A DNA stretch of 39,458 nt from Fibrobacteria bacterium (lineage in GTDB: Bacteria; Fibrobacterota; Fibrobacteria; UBA11236). Below are positions 38,211 to 39,458 of the stretch, one piece after another (position 1 is the stretch's first letter; every line of letters begins with the position of its first letter). The notes under the pieces are model-generated. The model did not search any database. It was not told the DNA's origin and saw only the letters and a program-made list of their open reading frames with translations. The stretch covers positions 1-39,458 of the forward strand of contig JBGTHM010000124.1 in the NCBI GenBank assembly GCA_041746255.1, written 5' to 3'. Position numbers and translations under genes: made by a program.

Positions 38211-39458
38211 ATGAAAAACACCTCGTCCGATCTCACATCCCTCTCTCCGGCTGCTAAGGCAAAAACCGTTAGTCCGTATGCACGGGGTGAATACAAATAC
38301 GGGTTCACCACCAATGTGGAGATGGAGACCTTTGGCAGAGGGTTGAACGAAGACATCATTCGCGCCATATCGGCCAAGAAGGAAGAGCCCGCATTTATGC
38401 TGGAATTCCGGCTCAAAGCTTATGCCAAATGGCTGACCATGAAAGAGCCGCATTGGCCGAACGTGAAATACCCTCCTATCAATTATCAGGAAATCCAATA
38501 TTTCGCGCAGCCGAAAAAGAAACCGGAATTAGAGAGCCTTGACGAGGTGGATCCCGAAATTTTGAAAACCTTCGAAAGACTCGGCATTCCCCTCGACGAA
38601 CAAAAAAAGCTGGCCAATGTCGCGGTGGACGCGGTATTCGACAGCGTTAGCGTCGCCACCACCCACAAGAAAAAATTATTGGAATACGGCGTCATCTTCT
38701 GCTCCTTTTCAGAAGCCGTTCGGGAATACCCCGAACTCATCGAGCAGTATATGGGTTCGGTGGTTCCCGTAGGAGATAATTATTACGCGGCGCTCAATTC
38801 CGCGGTTTTCACCGACGGATCCTTTGTCTATGTGCCGCCGGGCGTAAAGTGCCCACTGGAGCTCTCCACCTATTTTCGCATCAATACCGAAGAGTCCGGG
38901 CAGTTCGAACGCACGCTCATCATTTGCGCGGATGACGCCTATGTTTCCTATCTGGAAGGTTGCACCGCCCCGCAATTCGACACCAATCAACTGCATGCCG
39001 CCGTGGTGGAATTGGTCACTCTGGACAATGCCGAAATCAAATACAGCACCGTGCAAAATTGGTATTCCGGAGACCCGGAAACCGGACGGGGCGGCATTTA
39101 CAATTTCGTTACCAAACGCGGGAAATGCATCGGACGAAATTCCAAAATTTCGTGGACGCAAGTGGAAACGGGTTCAGCCATCACCTGGAAATACCCCAGC
39201 TGCATTTTGGTGGGTGAGGGTTCGGTGGGAGAATTCTACTCCGTCGCCTTGACCAATGGACTTATGCAAGCCGACACGGGAACCAAAATGGTGCATCTGG
39301 GCAAGAACACCCGCTCCAGCATTATCTCCAAAGGTATTTCCGCGGATCGAAGCCAGAACAGTTATCGCGGTTTGGTGCGCATCGCCAAGAATGCCACCGG
39401 AGCCCGCAATTATTCGCAATGCGACAGCATGCTGGTGGGTGACAATTGCGGAGCGCAT
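38211..39458 (+). CDS. sufB: Fe-S cluster assembly protein SufB (3' end outside the window)
   Basis: GGAG SD and ATG 38211, frame open to the window end: [70 protein letters not shown]. Missing from the ORF track because it has no stop. Confidence 0.97.
   Translation, partial: MKNTSSDLTSLSPAAKAKTVSPYARGEYKYGFTTNVEMETFGRGLNEDIIRAISAKKEEPAFMLEFRLKAYAKWLTMKEPHWPNVKYPPINYQEIQYFAQPKKKPELESLDEVDPEILKTFERLGIPLDEQKKLANVAVDAVFDSVSVATTHKKKLLEYGVIFCSFSEAVREYPELIEQYMGSVVPVGDNYYAALNSAVFTDGSFVYVPPGVKCPLELSTYFRINTEESGQFERTLIICADDAYVSYLEGCTAPQFDTNQLHAAVVELVTLDNAEIKYSTVQNWYSGDPETGRGGIYNFVTKRGKCIGRNSKISWTQVETGSAITWKYPSCILVGEGSVGEFYSVALTNGLMQADTGTKMVHLGKNTRSSIISKGISADRSQNSYRGLVRIAKNATGARNYSQCDSMLVGDNCGAH

Noticed and set aside
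1..39458. CRISPR array, integrase/transposase, prophage or rRNA
   Set aside because: None was seen on either strand by eye.

Overview
Bacterial chromosomal window, probably from an FCB-group organism outside the Bacteroidetes. Fibrobacterota is my inference from the PorU-like sortase, the FlgD/CTD-type C-termini and the gene set; no marker gene confirms it. (1) 1-6460 is an accessory block ending at the 3' end of a tRNA-Ile2(CAU). It holds a secreted gluconolactonase-family protein, an arsI/cadI + SigZ-type ECF sigma pair, a convergent coupled operon (unknown 338-aa protein, TIGR04283-type glycosyltransferase, sterol desaturase/fatty-acid hydroxylase) and a decayed creD. (2) 6.7-15.6 kb holds envelope genes (lipoprotein, porU, sppA, mltD-like) and a small, very acidic ORF. 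(3) 15.7-25.1 kb is a seven-gene signalling operon: TPR protein, helical protein, PAS kinase, sigma-54 activator, second kinase, HAMP-GGDEF, TPR/TonB-C protein. (4) 25.2-39.5 kb holds serA, pcm, glycosyltransferases, a methyltransferase, a HAD hydrolase, an MMPL transporter, asnS, a nifU-like gene and the 5' part of sufB. A 220-bp nested palindromic element lies between asnS and the nifU-like gene. The best candidates for undescribed biology are the ArsR-less, ECF-linked arsenic/glycolipid-like cluster, the structured intergenic element and the signalling operon. All calls come from reading motifs by eye; no database searches were run.
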